Source: Vicinamibacteria bacterium (GTDB taxonomy: Bacteria; Acidobacteriota; Vicinamibacteria; Fen-336). Taken from it: a stretch of 64,000 nt of DNA. The translations under genes and the position numbers were made by a program. The notes below the pieces were generated by a model, which was given only the letters and a program-made list of their open reading frames with translations, was not told where the DNA came from and did not search any database. Positions within the stretch are counted from its first letter, which is position 1. Each line of letters opens with the position of its first letter. The stretch spans positions 28,449 through 92,448 of the forward strand of contig CAUZDW010000007.1 of assembly GCA_963578825.1 (NCBI GenBank), given 5' to 3'. Shown here one piece after another: positions 51,024 to 62,000 of the stretch.

Positions 51024-51899
51024 ATGAGCAACAGGCACGCCCGATCGTTCCTGCCAGCGCTCGTCGTCGGTTTGGGGCTGGCTCTTTCCGCGACCGCTCA
51101 ACAGCAGGAGCCCACGCGCTCCATCACCAAGATCACCGGAGATCTGTACAGGGCTACCCAGAACGCTCACCACACCGTGTTCCTCGTGACCTCCGAGGGA
51201 ATCATCCTGGCGGATCCCATCGGCGTGGACTTTGCGAGCTGGTTGAAGGCCGAATTGGCCGAACGTTTCGACACGCCGGTCCGATACGTGCTCTACAGCC
51301 ATTACCACGCCGATCACGCTTCTGGTGGAGCTGTCTTCCAGGACACAGCGGAGCTCATCGGTCACGAGAACATGGTTCGGAATCTGGACGCGGAAAAGGG
51401 GAGCGACACCTTCGCGAACGTGCGCGCACCGGATCGCACGTACTCGGACACCCTGACCGTCGAGCTGGGCGGCAAGACCGTGCGAATGATTCACGCGTTG
51501 CCGAGCCACAGTGATGACTCCTCAATCATCTCCTTTCCGGAGGAGCGGGCCGTGTTCGCCGTCGACTTCGTGAACGTTCGCCGTTTGCCGTACCGGAACA
51601 TGGGCGGCGGCCCCATCCAACCGTGGATCGAGGCCAACAAGGACCTGCAGAAACGCGTGGACTACGACATCATGGCGCCGGGCCACGGACCCGCCGGAAA
51701 GAAGTCCGACATCGACGCCTCCACGCGCTACCTGGAGGAGCTACTGGCAGCGGTCTCCAAGGGCATGGCCGAAGGGCAGAGCCTGGAGCGGCTCAAGGAA
51801 TCAGTCTTGATGAAGGGCTACTCGGATTGGGGCCAGTACGACGCCTGGCGCGCCGAGAACGTCGAGGCCGCGTACCAGAGCTTGGCGGGGGACCGGTGA
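51024..51899 (+). CDS. Secreted MBL-fold metallo-hydrolase
   Basis: Signal peptide; YSHYHADHASG, SHSDD, APGHG. Confidence 0.88.
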   Translation: MSNRHARSFLPALVVGLGLALSATAQQQEPTRSITKITGDLYRATQNAHHTVFLVTSEGIILADPIGVDFASWLKAELAERFDTPVRYVLYSHYHADHASGGAVFQDTAELIGHENMVRNLDAEKGSDTFANVRAPDRTYSDTLTVELGGKTVRMIHALPSHSDDSSIISFPEERAVFAVDFVNVRRLPYRNMGGGPIQPWIEANKDLQKRVDYDIMAPGHGPAGKKSDIDASTRYLEELLAAVSKGMAEGQSLERLKESVLMKGYSDWGQYDAWRAENVEAAYQSLAGDR

Positions 51900-51932
51900 T
51901 GCTCGGAAAGTGATCAGAGAGCGAGGAACTTG

Positions 51933-52712
51933 ATGGAAAGAAGAGATTTTGTGGGATCGACGGCGCTGGCGGCGGCGGGTGCCCTGGCGGGTGCGGCGTC
52001 TGCCCGGGGGCAGAGCGGGAAGGGTGCCCGGCAGTTTCTGGAGATGCGAGAGTACTCCACCATCTCCCGGGGTGCCGCCGGAGCGTTGAGGGGGCAGCTC
52101 GAGCAGGCGCTGCTCCCGGCCCTGAACCGCCTGGGACTCGAGCCCATCGGCGCCTTCAGTCCGATGTACGGGTCCGACAGCGCGACTGTCCACCTTCTCA
52201 TCCCACACAATTCCATCGATTCGGTGCTGACTCTGTCCGCGAGACTTCTGGATGACGAAAGATTCACCCAGGCAGCCGGCCCTCTCCTCCAGCCTTCGGC
52301 CGAGCAGGCGGTGTACGTCCGCGTGAAGAGCTCCCTCATGCAGGCGTTCGAAGGCATCCCCCGGATCGAGGTGCCGCCCAGGGAGCCCCGCATCTTCGAG
52401 CTGCGCCGCTACGAGAGCCACAACTTGAAGGCGGGGAAGCTGAAGGTGGAGATGTTCAACGAAGGAGAGATCGACATCTTCCGAAAGACAGGGATGACAC
52501 CGGTCTTCTTCGGCGAGACGCTGATCGGGGATCACATGCCCAACCTGCTCTACATGCTGACCTTCAAGGACATGGCGGAGCGGGACGCCGCGTGGGACAG
52601 GTTCCGAGTGCACCCGGACTGGAAGAAGATGTCGGCGATGGAGAGGTACAGGGGCACGGTGTCGAACATCAGCGACACCATCCTCCGACCGGAGAGCTTC
52701 TCACAGGTCTGA
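51933..52712 (+). CDS. Tat-exported NIPSNAP family protein
   Basis: ERRDFV Tat motif; IFELRRYESHN, EMFN.GEI.IF, PNLLYML. Confidence 0.85.
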   Translation: MERRDFVGSTALAAAGALAGAASARGQSGKGARQFLEMREYSTISRGAAGALRGQLEQALLPALNRLGLEPIGAFSPMYGSDSATVHLLIPHNSIDSVLTLSARLLDDERFTQAAGPLLQPSAEQAVYVRVKSSLMQAFEGIPRIEVPPREPRIFELRRYESHNLKAGKLKVEMFNEGEIDIFRKTGMTPVFFGETLIGDHMPNLLYMLTFKDMAERDAAWDRFRVHPDWKKMSAMERYRGTVSNISDTILRPESFSQV

Positions 52713-52818
52713 ACCGCCGGGCGGGCCTCGAGCTGGCTCAAAACAAGATTGCCACCCCGGTGGCGCGCGCACGCACCGTTTGCGCGCGCGTCGCGTTGTC
52801 GTATAGCCGCGGTCCCCT

Positions 52819-54024
52819 ATGCGCCGACTCGTCGTTCTCGTCACACTCATCCCACTCCTTCTTTTTCCAGACGCTCCTGCGCTCGCCGCAAGCGATCTGC
52901 CGCTGGCGACACCCGAGTCGGTCGGGATGTCGTCGGAGCGCCTGGAAAACGTCTGGAAATGGCTGGACCGCGTCATCGAGCGTGGGGAGGCTGCGGGTTT
53001 CGTGACGCTGGTAGCGCGACGCGGCAAGGTGGTCCATTTCGTGGCACACGGCAACATAGGCATGAAGGTCAAGAAGCCGATGCCGAAGGACGCGCTCTTC
53101 GACCTGGCATCGATGACCAAGCCGGTGACCGTGGTCGCAGCGTTGATGCTGCTGGAAGAGGGACGGTTCCTGCTGACCGACCCGATCTCGAAATACCTGC
53201 CGGAGTTCGAGGACCAGGTCGTTCGCCTCAGCGAGAGGCAGCTGGTTCCGCCGGACAGCGAGGTCACGGTGCACAACCTGTTCACTCACACGTCGGGCAT
53301 CGGTGCGAACTGGTCGCGGGCGGAGGTCTATGAGTTCTCGACTCTCGAGGAGTACATCGAGGCGTTGGCCGAGATCCCTCTGAGCCACCAGCCCGGTTCG
53401 ACCTGGTTCTACGGATACTCGCACGATGTCCTGGGCTATCTGGTCCAGACCGTGACCGGGCAGCCGCTGGCCGAGTTCATCCAGCAGCGCATCCTCGACC
53501 CCCTGGGGATGGAGGACACGCACTACTGGCCGCCGTCTTCGAAGGACGATCGGCGGGCGGTGCTGGTCGTGGAAGGCAGGGACGACCTGGACTCCACGTC
53601 GCGACGTCCGCTGAAGGCCGCGGAAGAGGCGACACTCACGAGAGGAGCGAGCGGGCTCTACTCGACGGCTGCGGACTACTGGCGTTTCTGCCAGATGCTG
53701 CTGAACGGCGGAGAGCTCGACGGCGAGCGGTTGCTGGGCCCGCGCACCGTCGCGCGGATCAGTCAGGAGCACATTCCTGCAGAGCTCTTCGACCGCCCCG
53801 GAACAACGTTCGGGCTCGGCCATGCTGTGACCGTCGACCCCGCGGAGCAGGGCTTCTACTGGTCCGAGGGCAGCTACTACTGGGGCGGATCGCAGGGGAC
53901 CGTGTTCTGGGTGGATCCGAAGGAGCAACTGACCGGCGTTCTGATGGTCCAACGCAGCCGCATGGATCGCATCAACCAGCGCCAGGTGTTCGCAGAGATC
54001 GTCTACGCGGCGATCGTGGACTAG
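52819..54024 (+). CDS. Serine hydrolase (beta-lactamase/class C family)
   Basis: LASMTK SxxK motif, LFTHTSG, WFYG.S.D, WGGSQGT.FWVDP. Confidence 0.92.
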   Translation: MRRLVVLVTLIPLLLFPDAPALAASDLPLATPESVGMSSERLENVWKWLDRVIERGEAAGFVTLVARRGKVVHFVAHGNIGMKVKKPMPKDALFDLASMTKPVTVVAALMLLEEGRFLLTDPISKYLPEFEDQVVRLSERQLVPPDSEVTVHNLFTHTSGIGANWSRAEVYEFSTLEEYIEALAEIPLSHQPGSTWFYGYSHDVLGYLVQTVTGQPLAEFIQQRILDPLGMEDTHYWPPSSKDDRRAVLVVEGRDDLDSTSRRPLKAAEEATLTRGASGLYSTAADYWRFCQMLLNGGELDGERLLGPRTVARISQEHIPAELFDRPGTTFGLGHAVTVDPAEQGFYWSEGSYYWGGSQGTVFWVDPKEQLTGVLMVQRSRMDRINQRQVFAEIVYAAIVD

Positions 54025-54085
54025 GGTAAGCGCGGTGTTGTCCATTTGATCGTGTAGCATGGGGAGGGGTCAGGAGGAGGAGCCA

Positions 54086-54619
54086 GTGAGAGCCACCAGG
54101 ATGTGCTCGCTACTTGCCGTGGTCGCCATGGCGACCACGGCCTGCGCCGGCCCGCCGGAAGAGTCGGCGAATGACGCCGGCCCCGCCAACGCCCCGAGCC
54201 AGGCAGGTGCCACCGCGGAGGCCGCCGAGCCCGGGCAACGCGCCCAACCCGCTCAGCCCAAGCAGGCCGCACAGCCCGAGCGCCGCCCGGAGCCGAAAGC
54301 GCCCCGCGCCGAGGGCGACGAGCTGGCCGAGCTGCTCGCCAGCGAAGACTACCTCCTCCTGGACGTCCGCCGTCCCGAGGAGCTCGAGGAGAGAGGAACC
54401 GTCGAGGGTTACCTCAACATCCCGATCGAGGAGCTGGCCGATCGGCTGGATGAGGTGCCGCGAGACCGTCCCGTACTCACGGCTTGAAACGGCGGTGGCC
54501 GAGCCGCGCGTGCCGCGGCTTTACTCGAAGAGAACGGTTTCGAAGTGGTGGCCTTTTGCGGCTTGCGAGCCTACGAGGGCGACAAGATCCACCCGAAAGC
54601 GGACGGCGGAAAGCCGTAG
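54086..54619 (+). CDS. Rhodanese-domain lipoprotein with probable selenocysteine (UGA at 54485-54487)
   Basis: GTG start after AGGAGG; lipobox-like ATTAC; LLDVRRPEE...NIP..EL...L.EVPRDRPVLTA-U-NGGGRAARAAALLEENGF, reading through in frame to TAG 54617-54619. Confidence 0.85.
54502..54520 (+). promoter_or_regulatory. Putative bacterial SECIS element
   Basis: Perfect 7-bp stem AGCCGCG/CGCGGCT with a CGTGC loop; the loop begins 21 nt after the UGA and has G at position 2. Confidence 0.65.
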
Positions 54620-54756
54620 CGTCCGACGAGTCAGCGTCGGCACTCGGTTCCGGCCAGGCGGCCGCCGATCAGGCCGCGAGTTCCTTGTACGCGACCGCGA
54701 GCATGGTGGCGGCGCCAGTCAATCTCCGCCGAGGGCGGACTGTTCGAGGCAATCAA

Positions 54757-54875
54757 TGCGGATGCTCCTTATCGCCCTCTCCGTGATCGTTTCTCATATG
54801 GCCTGGCATTGGATGGGGGACCGTATTGCGGTGCTCAGGGAATACCCGGTTCGATGGACCGAGGCCTCGAAATGA
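54757..54875 (+). pseudogene. Possible HupE/UreJ-family C-terminal remnant
   Basis: LIALSVIVSHMAWHWMGDR resembles the C-terminal helix of these membrane proteins; the rest of the gene is absent. Confidence 0.4.
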
Positions 54876-57016
54876 GTTTCCTGCACACCTGGGTATTGGC
54901 AGCAGCCATCGCAGCGCCGCAACCGACGACCACTCCTGAAGCCCCGGCCCACGCGGTCACGGAAGAGATTCGCCTCGACGGCGTACTGGACGAGGCCGTC
55001 TGGGCCACCGTTCCGACCATCGGGCGTCTCCTCCAGCAGGAGCCCATCCCCGAGTCCGCGCCCACGATGGAGACAGAGGTTCGCGTTGTGTTCGATCGGG
55101 ACCACCTCTATTTCGGCATCCTGTGTCGGGACGACGATCCCTCGTCCATCGTGGCGAATCAGCTCTCCCGGGACTCGCAGCTCAGGACCGACGACAACAT
55201 CGCGATCGTCCTCGACCCGTTCCTCGATCGCCGCAACGGCTTCTTCTTCGAAACGAATGCGGTCGGCTCCCGAACCGACGGTCAGGTGGCGAACAACGCC
55301 GAACGACGAACTCGCGAATGGGACGGCATCTGGAATGCCGCGGCTCGCGTCACCGACGAAGGCTGGGTGGCCGAGATCGAGATTCCGTTCAAGACCCTCC
55401 GGTTCAAGCCTGGTGAGACGACCTGGGGCCTCAACGTGGAGCGCACGGTCGTTCGGTTGAACGAAGTGAATCGGTGGGCCTCGCCACGGCGGGATGTCTG
55501 GCTCACCAACTTCGCAATGGCGGGCCAGCTGACAGATCTCGAGGGCATCCAGCAGGGTCGGGGCCTGGACATTCGCCCCTATGCGTCGACGAGCCGGGCC
55601 GACGGCGACGGCGATTTCGACGTCGGCCTGGACGTCTTCAAGAACATCACCCCCAGCCTGAACGCGTCCGTCACCGTCAACACGGACTTCGCGGAGACGG
55701 AGGTGGACGCCCGCCGGGTGAACCTGACCCGATTCCCCCTCTTCTTTCCGGAGAAGAGGACCTTCTTCCTGGAGGGGGCGGGCATCTTCGAGATCGCCGG
55801 CCTGACCGCGAATCGGCGGGGGGGCACCCTTCTTCCCTTCTTCAGTCGCCGGATCGGTCTCCTGGAAGGACAGGAGGTTCCGATCATTGCCGGTGCCAAG
55901 ATGGTGGGCCGGGAGAAGGGATTCAACATCGGCGTCCTCGACGTGGTCACCAACGACGCGGAGATCCCGAACTTTGGACACGTCGACAAGCAGAACCTGC
56001 TGGTGGCCCGGGTGAGCCGCAACCTGTTCACCCAGTCCTGGATCGGGGGGATCCTGACCCACGGGAACCCGGAGGGGACCGGCCAGAACACGTTGTTCGG
56101 CTTGGACGCGAAGTTCGCCACGTCGAAGTTCCGAGACGACAAGAACCTCAGCCTGTCCCTCTACTACCTTGGAACGAAAGACGAGACCCTCGGCGAAATG
56201 GACACGGCCTACGGGTTCAAGCTCGAGTATCCCAACGACCTGTGGGACGCGAACGTGAGCTTCACCACCATTGGAGAGGACTTCAACGCGGCCCTGGGCT
56301 TCGTACCGCGAAAGGGAATTCGCATCTTCCGACCCTTCGTCTCGTTTCGGCCTCGGGCGCGGCAGATCGGAATCCGCCAATTCAACTTCCAGTTCTTTCC
56401 CACGCTGGTCTACGCCCTCGACGGGCGGTTGCTCGACTACCGCGTCCAGACGGCACCCCTGAACCTGGAGACCGAGTCCCAGGAGCGGATCGAGTTCAAC
56501 GTGATTCCAGAGCAACAGACCCTGGATGAGCCTTTCGAGATTCACGACGGGGCAGTGATACCCGCTGGCCGGTACCAATGGACCCGATATCGTGCCGAGG
56601 TGCAGACGGCGGAGTACCGTCCCTGGGCGGTTGAGCTCTCCTACCGGTGGGGCGGCTTCTTCACCGGGAGCCGGCGGGAGATCCAGCTGGCTGTCATCCT
56701 GAAGCTGAGCCGTCATCTCCACCTGGAGTTCCGCAGCGAACGCAACGACGTGGAGCTGCCCGAGGGGACGTTCGACACACAGGTCTTCGAGCTCGCAGCG
56801 AACACCAGCTTCACACCCAACCTCTCCTGGGCCAACCTGGTGCAGTTCGACAACGACTCCAACATCCTCGGGTTCCAGAGCCGCTTCCGCTGGATCCTGA
56901 GGCCGGGGAACGACTTCTTCGTCGTGGTCAACAGGGGTTGGGAGAGGCTGGGCGATCGGTTCCAGCCCGCGTCCGATAACTTCACCCTGAAGTTTCAGTA
57001 CACGTTCCGTCTCTAA
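54872..57016 (+). CDS. DUF5916 / CBM9-like sugar-binding outer-membrane protein
   Basis: IRLDGVLDE..W, WVAEIEIPFKTLRF, NTDFAETEVD...NLTRFPLFFPEKRTFFLEG, terminal QYTFRL. Confidence 0.85.
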   Translation: MSFLHTWVLAAAIAAPQPTTTPEAPAHAVTEEIRLDGVLDEAVWATVPTIGRLLQQEPIPESAPTMETEVRVVFDRDHLYFGILCRDDDPSSIVANQLSRDSQLRTDDNIAIVLDPFLDRRNGFFFETNAVGSRTDGQVANNAERRTREWDGIWNAAARVTDEGWVAEIEIPFKTLRFKPGETTWGLNVERTVVRLNEVNRWASPRRDVWLTNFAMAGQLTDLEGIQQGRGLDIRPYASTSRADGDGDFDVGLDVFKNITPSLNASVTVNTDFAETEVDARRVNLTRFPLFFPEKRTFFLEGAGIFEIAGLTANRRGGTLLPFFSRRIGLLEGQEVPIIAGAKMVGREKGFNIGVLDVVTNDAEIPNFGHVDKQNLLVARVSRNLFTQSWIGGILTHGNPEGTGQNTLFGLDAKFATSKFRDDKNLSLSLYYLGTKDETLGEMDTAYGFKLEYPNDLWDANVSFTTIGEDFNAALGFVPRKGIRIFRPFVSFRPRARQIGIRQFNFQFFPTLVYALDGRLLDYRVQTAPLNLETESQERIEFNVIPEQQTLDEPFEIHDGAVIPAGRYQWTRYRAEVQTAEYRPWAVELSYRWGGFFTGSRREIQLAVILKLSRHLHLEFRSERNDVELPEGTFDTQVFELAANTSFTPNLSWANLVQFDNDSNILGFQSRFRWILRPGNDFFVVVNRGWERLGDRFQPASDNFTLKFQYTFRL

Positions 57017-57063
57017 AGGCTCGACGAGATCGCCCGGCAACGCGAATGTCATCTTGAATTGAG

Positions 57064-58103
57064 ATGTCCGAGATCCCACCGAAACCGAAGCTCCAGGTCC
57101 TGCCCACGGGGGCGAAGGGGTGGGGTCGGGCCGGTTTGCTCTGGCTCGGCCTTTTCGGTCTACTGGGTGGCGGCACTTGGTGGATGACGGCCATGCCCGG
57201 AGAGACACTCGTCGGTTCACTGCCTCCCCTCGACGAGCGGGAGCGCGATCTCGAGCCGCGCCTCGAGATCCACGTGCGGGCCCTGTCCGATGACATAGGA
57301 GAGAGGAACGTCTTTCGGCCGGACGATCTTGCAGCGGCTGCGTCGTATCTAGAGGCGAACCTCCGCGCCGCCGGACGCCCGGTGGCGTCCCAGACGTTCG
57401 AGGCCGCGGGCGTCACCGTGCGGAACCTCGAGATCGAGCACCGGGGTCAGTCTCGGCCCGACGAGGTCATCGTGGTGGGAGCGCACTACGACTCGGTCGT
57501 CGGATCCCCGGGGGCGAACGACAACGCAACAGGGGTCGCGGCGGTGGTCGAGCTCGCGCGCCTGCTGGCCGACGAGGAGCTGTCCCGGACCGTGCGCTTC
57601 GTGCTCTTCGTCAACGAGGAACCGCCCTTCTACATGACCAGGGACATGGGGAGCGTGCACTACGCACGCCGTGCGCGGCAGCAGGGCGACCGGATCGTCG
57701 CCATGTTCTCCCTGGAGACGATCGGCTACTACTCCGACGACGAGGGGAGCAGCAGTACCCCTTCCCGTTCCGTCTCTTCTACCCCTCCCAGGGAAAATTC
57801 GTCGGCTTCGTGGGGAACCTGGACTCGCGGCGCCTCGTTCGAGGCGCTCTGGCCTCATTCCGTCGTCACGCCTCGCTGCCCTCCGAAGGCCTGGCCGCTC
57901 CGGGATGGATCACCGGGGTGGGCTGGTCGGATCACTGGTCCTTCTGGAAGCAGGGGTATCCCGGTGTCATGGTGACCGACACCGCGCTCTTTCGCTACGA
58001 GCCGTACCACTCCCCGCGGGACACGCCCGACCGCATCCTCTATGGTCACCTCGCCCGCGTGGTCGCCGGGCTGGAGAATGTCATCATCGACCTCGCCGGC
58101 TAG
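57064..58103 (+). CDS. M28 family peptidase, frameshifted near 57757
   Basis: VGAHYDS, GANDNATG, NEEPP, SLETIGY; SDHWSFW...MVTDTA..RY..YH continues in another frame. Confidence 0.85.
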
Positions 58104-58106
58104 CAG

Positions 58107-59023
58107 CTAGAGCTCAGCTCGCCGAGTCCTTCGCTTCAGGGTGTCCGAGGGCCGTTCGCCAAAGCACTCCTTGTAGGCTCGCGAGAAGTCGCCGAAGTGC
58201 CAGAAGCCCCAGTCGAGGGCGACGGCCGAGACACGGGTCGAGGGGGCACGAGCGGTCCGGAGCGCCTGGCGGACCCGATGCAGTCTCAATCCAGTCAGGT
58301 AGGCCATCGGTGAAAGACCGAGGATGTCCTGGAAGGCGTACTGCAGGGTCCTCTGGCTCACGCCGGCCACCTTGTACAAGTCGGTCACGGAGACGGGCTC
58401 CCCCGCGTGCGCCAGCGCCCAGTCCTGGGTGACCCGGGTGATTCGGCTGTATGTCTGCCGCGTACGCTCGCGACGAATCTCCTCGACAGGTCCATCCGAT
58501 TCCAGAGCGGCAAGCAGCGTCTCGAGTAGCGCGGCGCTGGCCGTGCCGCGGCCGCCTCGACCAACCGTCTGCCGAGCTTGAAGAGAGCGCGCGCGGCGCC
58601 GGCAGCGGGCCGGCGCAGCTCGATCCCGCGTGGTCTCTGGAACTCATCCCCCCGTCCTCGGTCGCGAAGGTGCCGTTCCAGATCGGCGGGGCCGATCAAT
58701 ACGGCGATGCTCTCATAGCCGGGCTGCACCACGAGCTCGGCCTCGGTGCCTGGCTCCGCGACGAGCAGCCGGTCGGCCCTCATCTCTCTTCCGTCCACCG
58801 TGCCCCCTGCGGTCGGCCCGATCGCGCTGAAGGCCATGAAGGCGTCGCCGACCCGCGTGCGGGTCCGAACGCGACGATTCGTCGTCTGGTAGACGAGCCA
58901 GGTGCTGTCGAGCCGGGCGATCATGCGCCGCACGCGGAGCGGGTCCTGGTCCAGGTGGACGACGTCCTGGTCGAGGACCTCGATGCCCTCACGGGCAGCC
59001 GTCGGGTCGGTGATTTCGACCAC
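58107..59023 (-). pseudogene. AraC/EutR-like transcriptional regulator, frameshifted near 58530
   Basis: HTH VSQRTLQYAF...RL.RVR..L...VSAVALDWGFWHFGDFSRAY..FGERPS is in a different frame from the N-terminal domain. Confidence 0.8.
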
Positions 59024-59277
59024 CGTGACCGCCGGGGGCTTCGGCCGGGTCAGCTCGTCCGCGGGGAGAGGCCCATTTCTTTGCCGGATTCCGATAGACA
59101 GGAGCCTAGCACAGGCTCATCAGCTGTAGCGGCTGGGGTCCCATCTTCAGGCCAGGCGGGTCCTTTCGCGAAGGTGGGGGGTGAACTTAGTGGTATGTTC
59201 GGCGTCGAGTTTACGGTTGGAGCTGCCGTCTTGCGCAGCGCGGCGCCTGCGCGAGCATTCTCCAGTTAGGAGCAAGT

Positions 59278-60359
59278 ATGGACCAGCACCATGAGGAAGG
59301 CATTGCCCGGAGAGAGCTGATGAAGGTCGGCGCCGCATCGGCGGCCGCCTGTGTTGCTGGCTCGCAGTCGCTCGCTGTTGCAAGTGTGCATGCTGCTGAG
59401 CCGGCTGCTCGCCGCAGGACACGCTTCCTGTTGGATTGCCATGTGCACTTTGGCGGGTTCCCCGCGCTTGCTGCTCTTATTGATCAGGTCCAGACACCGA
59501 AAGACTGGCTTGCGCTACGCGGCAAGCAGCCGGAGGCGTTTGCGAAGGCGGCGTCCCAATCGCAGGTCGACAATTCCGACGACCTGATTGCCGCAATGGA
59601 CAAGAATGGGGCCACCCACGCGCTCTTTCAGGCCACGCCCGGAAAGGATGCCAGCAATCAGCTCGTGGCCGAGGCTGCGAAGCGGCACGAGGGTAGACTC
59701 TTTCCGATGTACCGACCCGAAGAGCTGCTGGGCAATCTCGGTACAGGAACGATGCAAAAACCTGATCAGAAACAATTGCGCCAGAACGCCCGACACACGC
59801 TGAAGTAATCGAAGGCGTGTTCCCTGAGCTGGGTATGGTTGGCATGGGGGAGTTTATCGCCGGCGGATTCGTGACTACGGCGCTCGATCCGATTGAAATC
59901 GCACGCGATATGGGTCCTGTCATGGAAGCATTACGTCCCAAAAAACTACCGATTCAGTTGCCGACAGGCTCGTCGGGCTGGAAGGGTCGCCTGTTCTACG
60001 TTTACGAACCGGTCTGGGTCGATGAACTGGCCGGCAACTTTCCAGATGTACCCATCGTACTGACAAAGATGGGACGGAGCATCCGAACATCCTTTGATGC
60101 CTGCACGGTGGTCGCCAAGCGTAACGCCAACGTCTACTTTGATCTCACTGACTCACGAGCGGAGCATCTTCGCGAGGCTGTAGACGAAATAGGCGCACAT
60201 CGCAGCATGTTTGGTACCGATCTGCACGGCCTTTCGGTGAATTGCGCGTACGATGTCGGCTTCGAAATCGTGGATGGCGCCCATCCCAGCGCTGACGAAA
60301 GGGAATGGATCTCCTGGCGCACTGCGGATACCGTTTATCAGCTGGGACTTGCTGGTTGA
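59278..60359 (+). pseudogene. Tat-exported amidohydrolase family protein, frameshifted near 59795
   Basis: ARRELMK Tat motif, LDCHVH, VYFDLT, MFGTD; two ORFs in different frames joined by AEVIEGVFPE. Confidence 0.75.
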
Positions 60360-60435
60360 CCGATTGAATCCACTTCGTGGAGCGTCGGCACCCGTCCCGG
60401 CAATTGTTCTCCAAGCTCACTCAGGTGGTCGTTCC

Positions 60436-60924
60436 ATGTATGGTCGTTACCAGTCTCGAATCAGCACTCCGCCCCTTCGAGCGTCGGGACGAGCGCGAAC
60501 CCACGATGACCATCCGGTAGAGCCCTTGCCATTGCACGAAGACGGATCGTCGGTTGGCGGGCTGCGGCGTGTCATCTATCTGTTGCTCGCTGTCTTCCTG
60601 GCGGGTTGTGCCGCGGTGCAGTACAACGACCCGGATCCCCTGCTCTGGATCGCCGTCTACGGTGCCGGCGCCGTGCTGCTCGCTCTGGCCGCCGCCGGGT
60701 GGCGTCGCCGCTGGGCGGTGCTCGCCGTGCTTGCGGCGTACGCGGCGGTGGGGGCCACGATACTGCCCGGGTTCCTCGATTGGCTTCTGCACCACCCGGG
60801 GAGCGACCTGATCGCCCCCATGGCCGCCGAGCGTCCCCACATCGAGGAGAGCCGCGAGTTCGTCGGCCTCCTGATCGTGGCCGCCTGCGTGGCGCCTCTT
60901 TGGCCACGACGGCCTCCGTCGTAG
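60436..60924 (+). CDS. Transmembrane 220 family protein (start uncertain)
   Basis: AAVQYNDPDPLLWIAVYG and IEESREF.GL. Confidence 0.75.
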   Translation: MYGRYQSRISTPPLRASGRARTHDDHPVEPLPLHEDGSSVGGLRRVIYLLLAVFLAGCAAVQYNDPDPLLWIAVYGAGAVLLALAAAGWRRRWAVLAVLAAYAAVGATILPGFLDWLLHHPGSDLIAPMAAERPHIEESREFVGLLIVAACVAPLWPRRPPS

Positions 60925-60988
60925 GACCCCCGCCTCGCCGAGCCGTTGGGCCTGTTGGCGAGCGAGGGACTCGAGCCCGGAACCAGAA

Positions 60989-61022
60989 AACCAGAAGCCC
61001 GCCTCGAGGCGGGCTTCTGGTT
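60989..61022. terminator. 34-bp perfect palindrome; intrinsic terminator between convergent genes
   Basis: AACCAGAAGCCCGCCTCGAGGCGGGCTTCTGGTT, with a T-run after the stem on the minus strand. Confidence 0.85.
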
Positions 61023-61054
61023 CAAAGGGAATCAGGCTCGGAGACGTTGGACTC

Positions 61055-61663
61055 CTACGCTCTGCGTCTCTGAAGCGCGAGGCCCAGCAGGCCACCACTC
61101 AAGAACAGCAGAGTGGCTGGCTCCGGGGTCCCAACCACCGGCCCGGTGAGCGTCAGCGTGTTGTTCAAGCTGTCGTTGAAGGGCGTCCAGTCGGCGGCAG
61201 GGAAAGCGATGGGGATGTATGTGAACTGGTAGTCACCCGGGATCAGACCTGCGAAGGTCACACCCTGCCAACCCGTGACGGGGCCGCAGGCGGGGCAGGT
61301 GCTGAGAAAGTTCGCGATGCTTCCGGACAGCGGCTGCCCCGGCTGGCTGAGCGCCCCTGTCACATAGAAGTTTGTGCTCCCATCGACCAGGCCCGCCGGT
61401 TTCCCAGCCGTATTGATGTTCGTATCCATATCGAATGCCATGACCGTCGGCGCGAACAAGGTGCCGAGGATCCCCTCTAGCTGCATGCTCCGTTCCAGCG
61501 GCACGTTGCCCGGTACGTTGGCGTGCGTGTAGTTGCCGATCCAGAAGCTCACGGAGCTAGGCCCCGCGTTCTCGGACCCGATCGAGATCGTGTGCGCCTC
61601 TGCAACGGGGGCCGCAGCGAAGATGGTCAACATCGCGGTTACGGCAAGCAGTCGTTTCATCAC
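61055..61663 (-). CDS. PEP-CTERM sorting domain surface protein
   Basis: N-terminal signal peptide; C-terminal TPEPATLLFLSGGLLGLALQRRRA. Confidence 0.92.
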   Translation of the reverse strand: MMKRLLAVTAMLTIFAAAPVAEAHTISIGSENAGPSSVSFWIGNYTHANVPGNVPLERSMQLEGILGTLFAPTVMAFDMDTNINTAGKPAGLVDGSTNFYVTGALSQPGQPLSGSIANFLSTCPACGPVTGWQGVTFAGLIPGDYQFTYIPIAFPAADWTPFNDSLNNTLTLTGPVVGTPEPATLLFLSGGLLGLALQRRRA

Positions 61664-62000
61664 GTCCTTCTCCTCAGTTTGTTGTCTGGTAGAAGAGATC
61701 TTGGCGACTCAGTCGTGCAACCCTCGCGCCAAGACTTCCAACTGATTGATGCAGAAGACTTTGTCGCATATGGGGCATTGCATTCGGTCGCCAGCTGTAA
61801 CATCACCCGACGGTTGCGGTTGCTCTCGGAAACCTGAGTTTCGTGACAAGGCCAATGGAAACAACGTGTTGGAATCAAATACTGGCTGTCGAAGATCTGA
61901 ACGTCTTGGAGGACTGGACGAGGAAACGCGCATGAGCCGACGCACCAGACACGCTGGCAACCGAGGGAGCGGAGATCCTTCAGCCGCGGCGGCAAAGGGC

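Noticed and set aside
26805-54487. Genome-wide UGA reassignment (genetic code 4 or 25)
   Set aside because: Many intact genes end in TGA with ATGA/TGATG coupling to the next gene (e.g. 3704-3707, 14246-14249, 28272-28276), so TGA is a normal stop.
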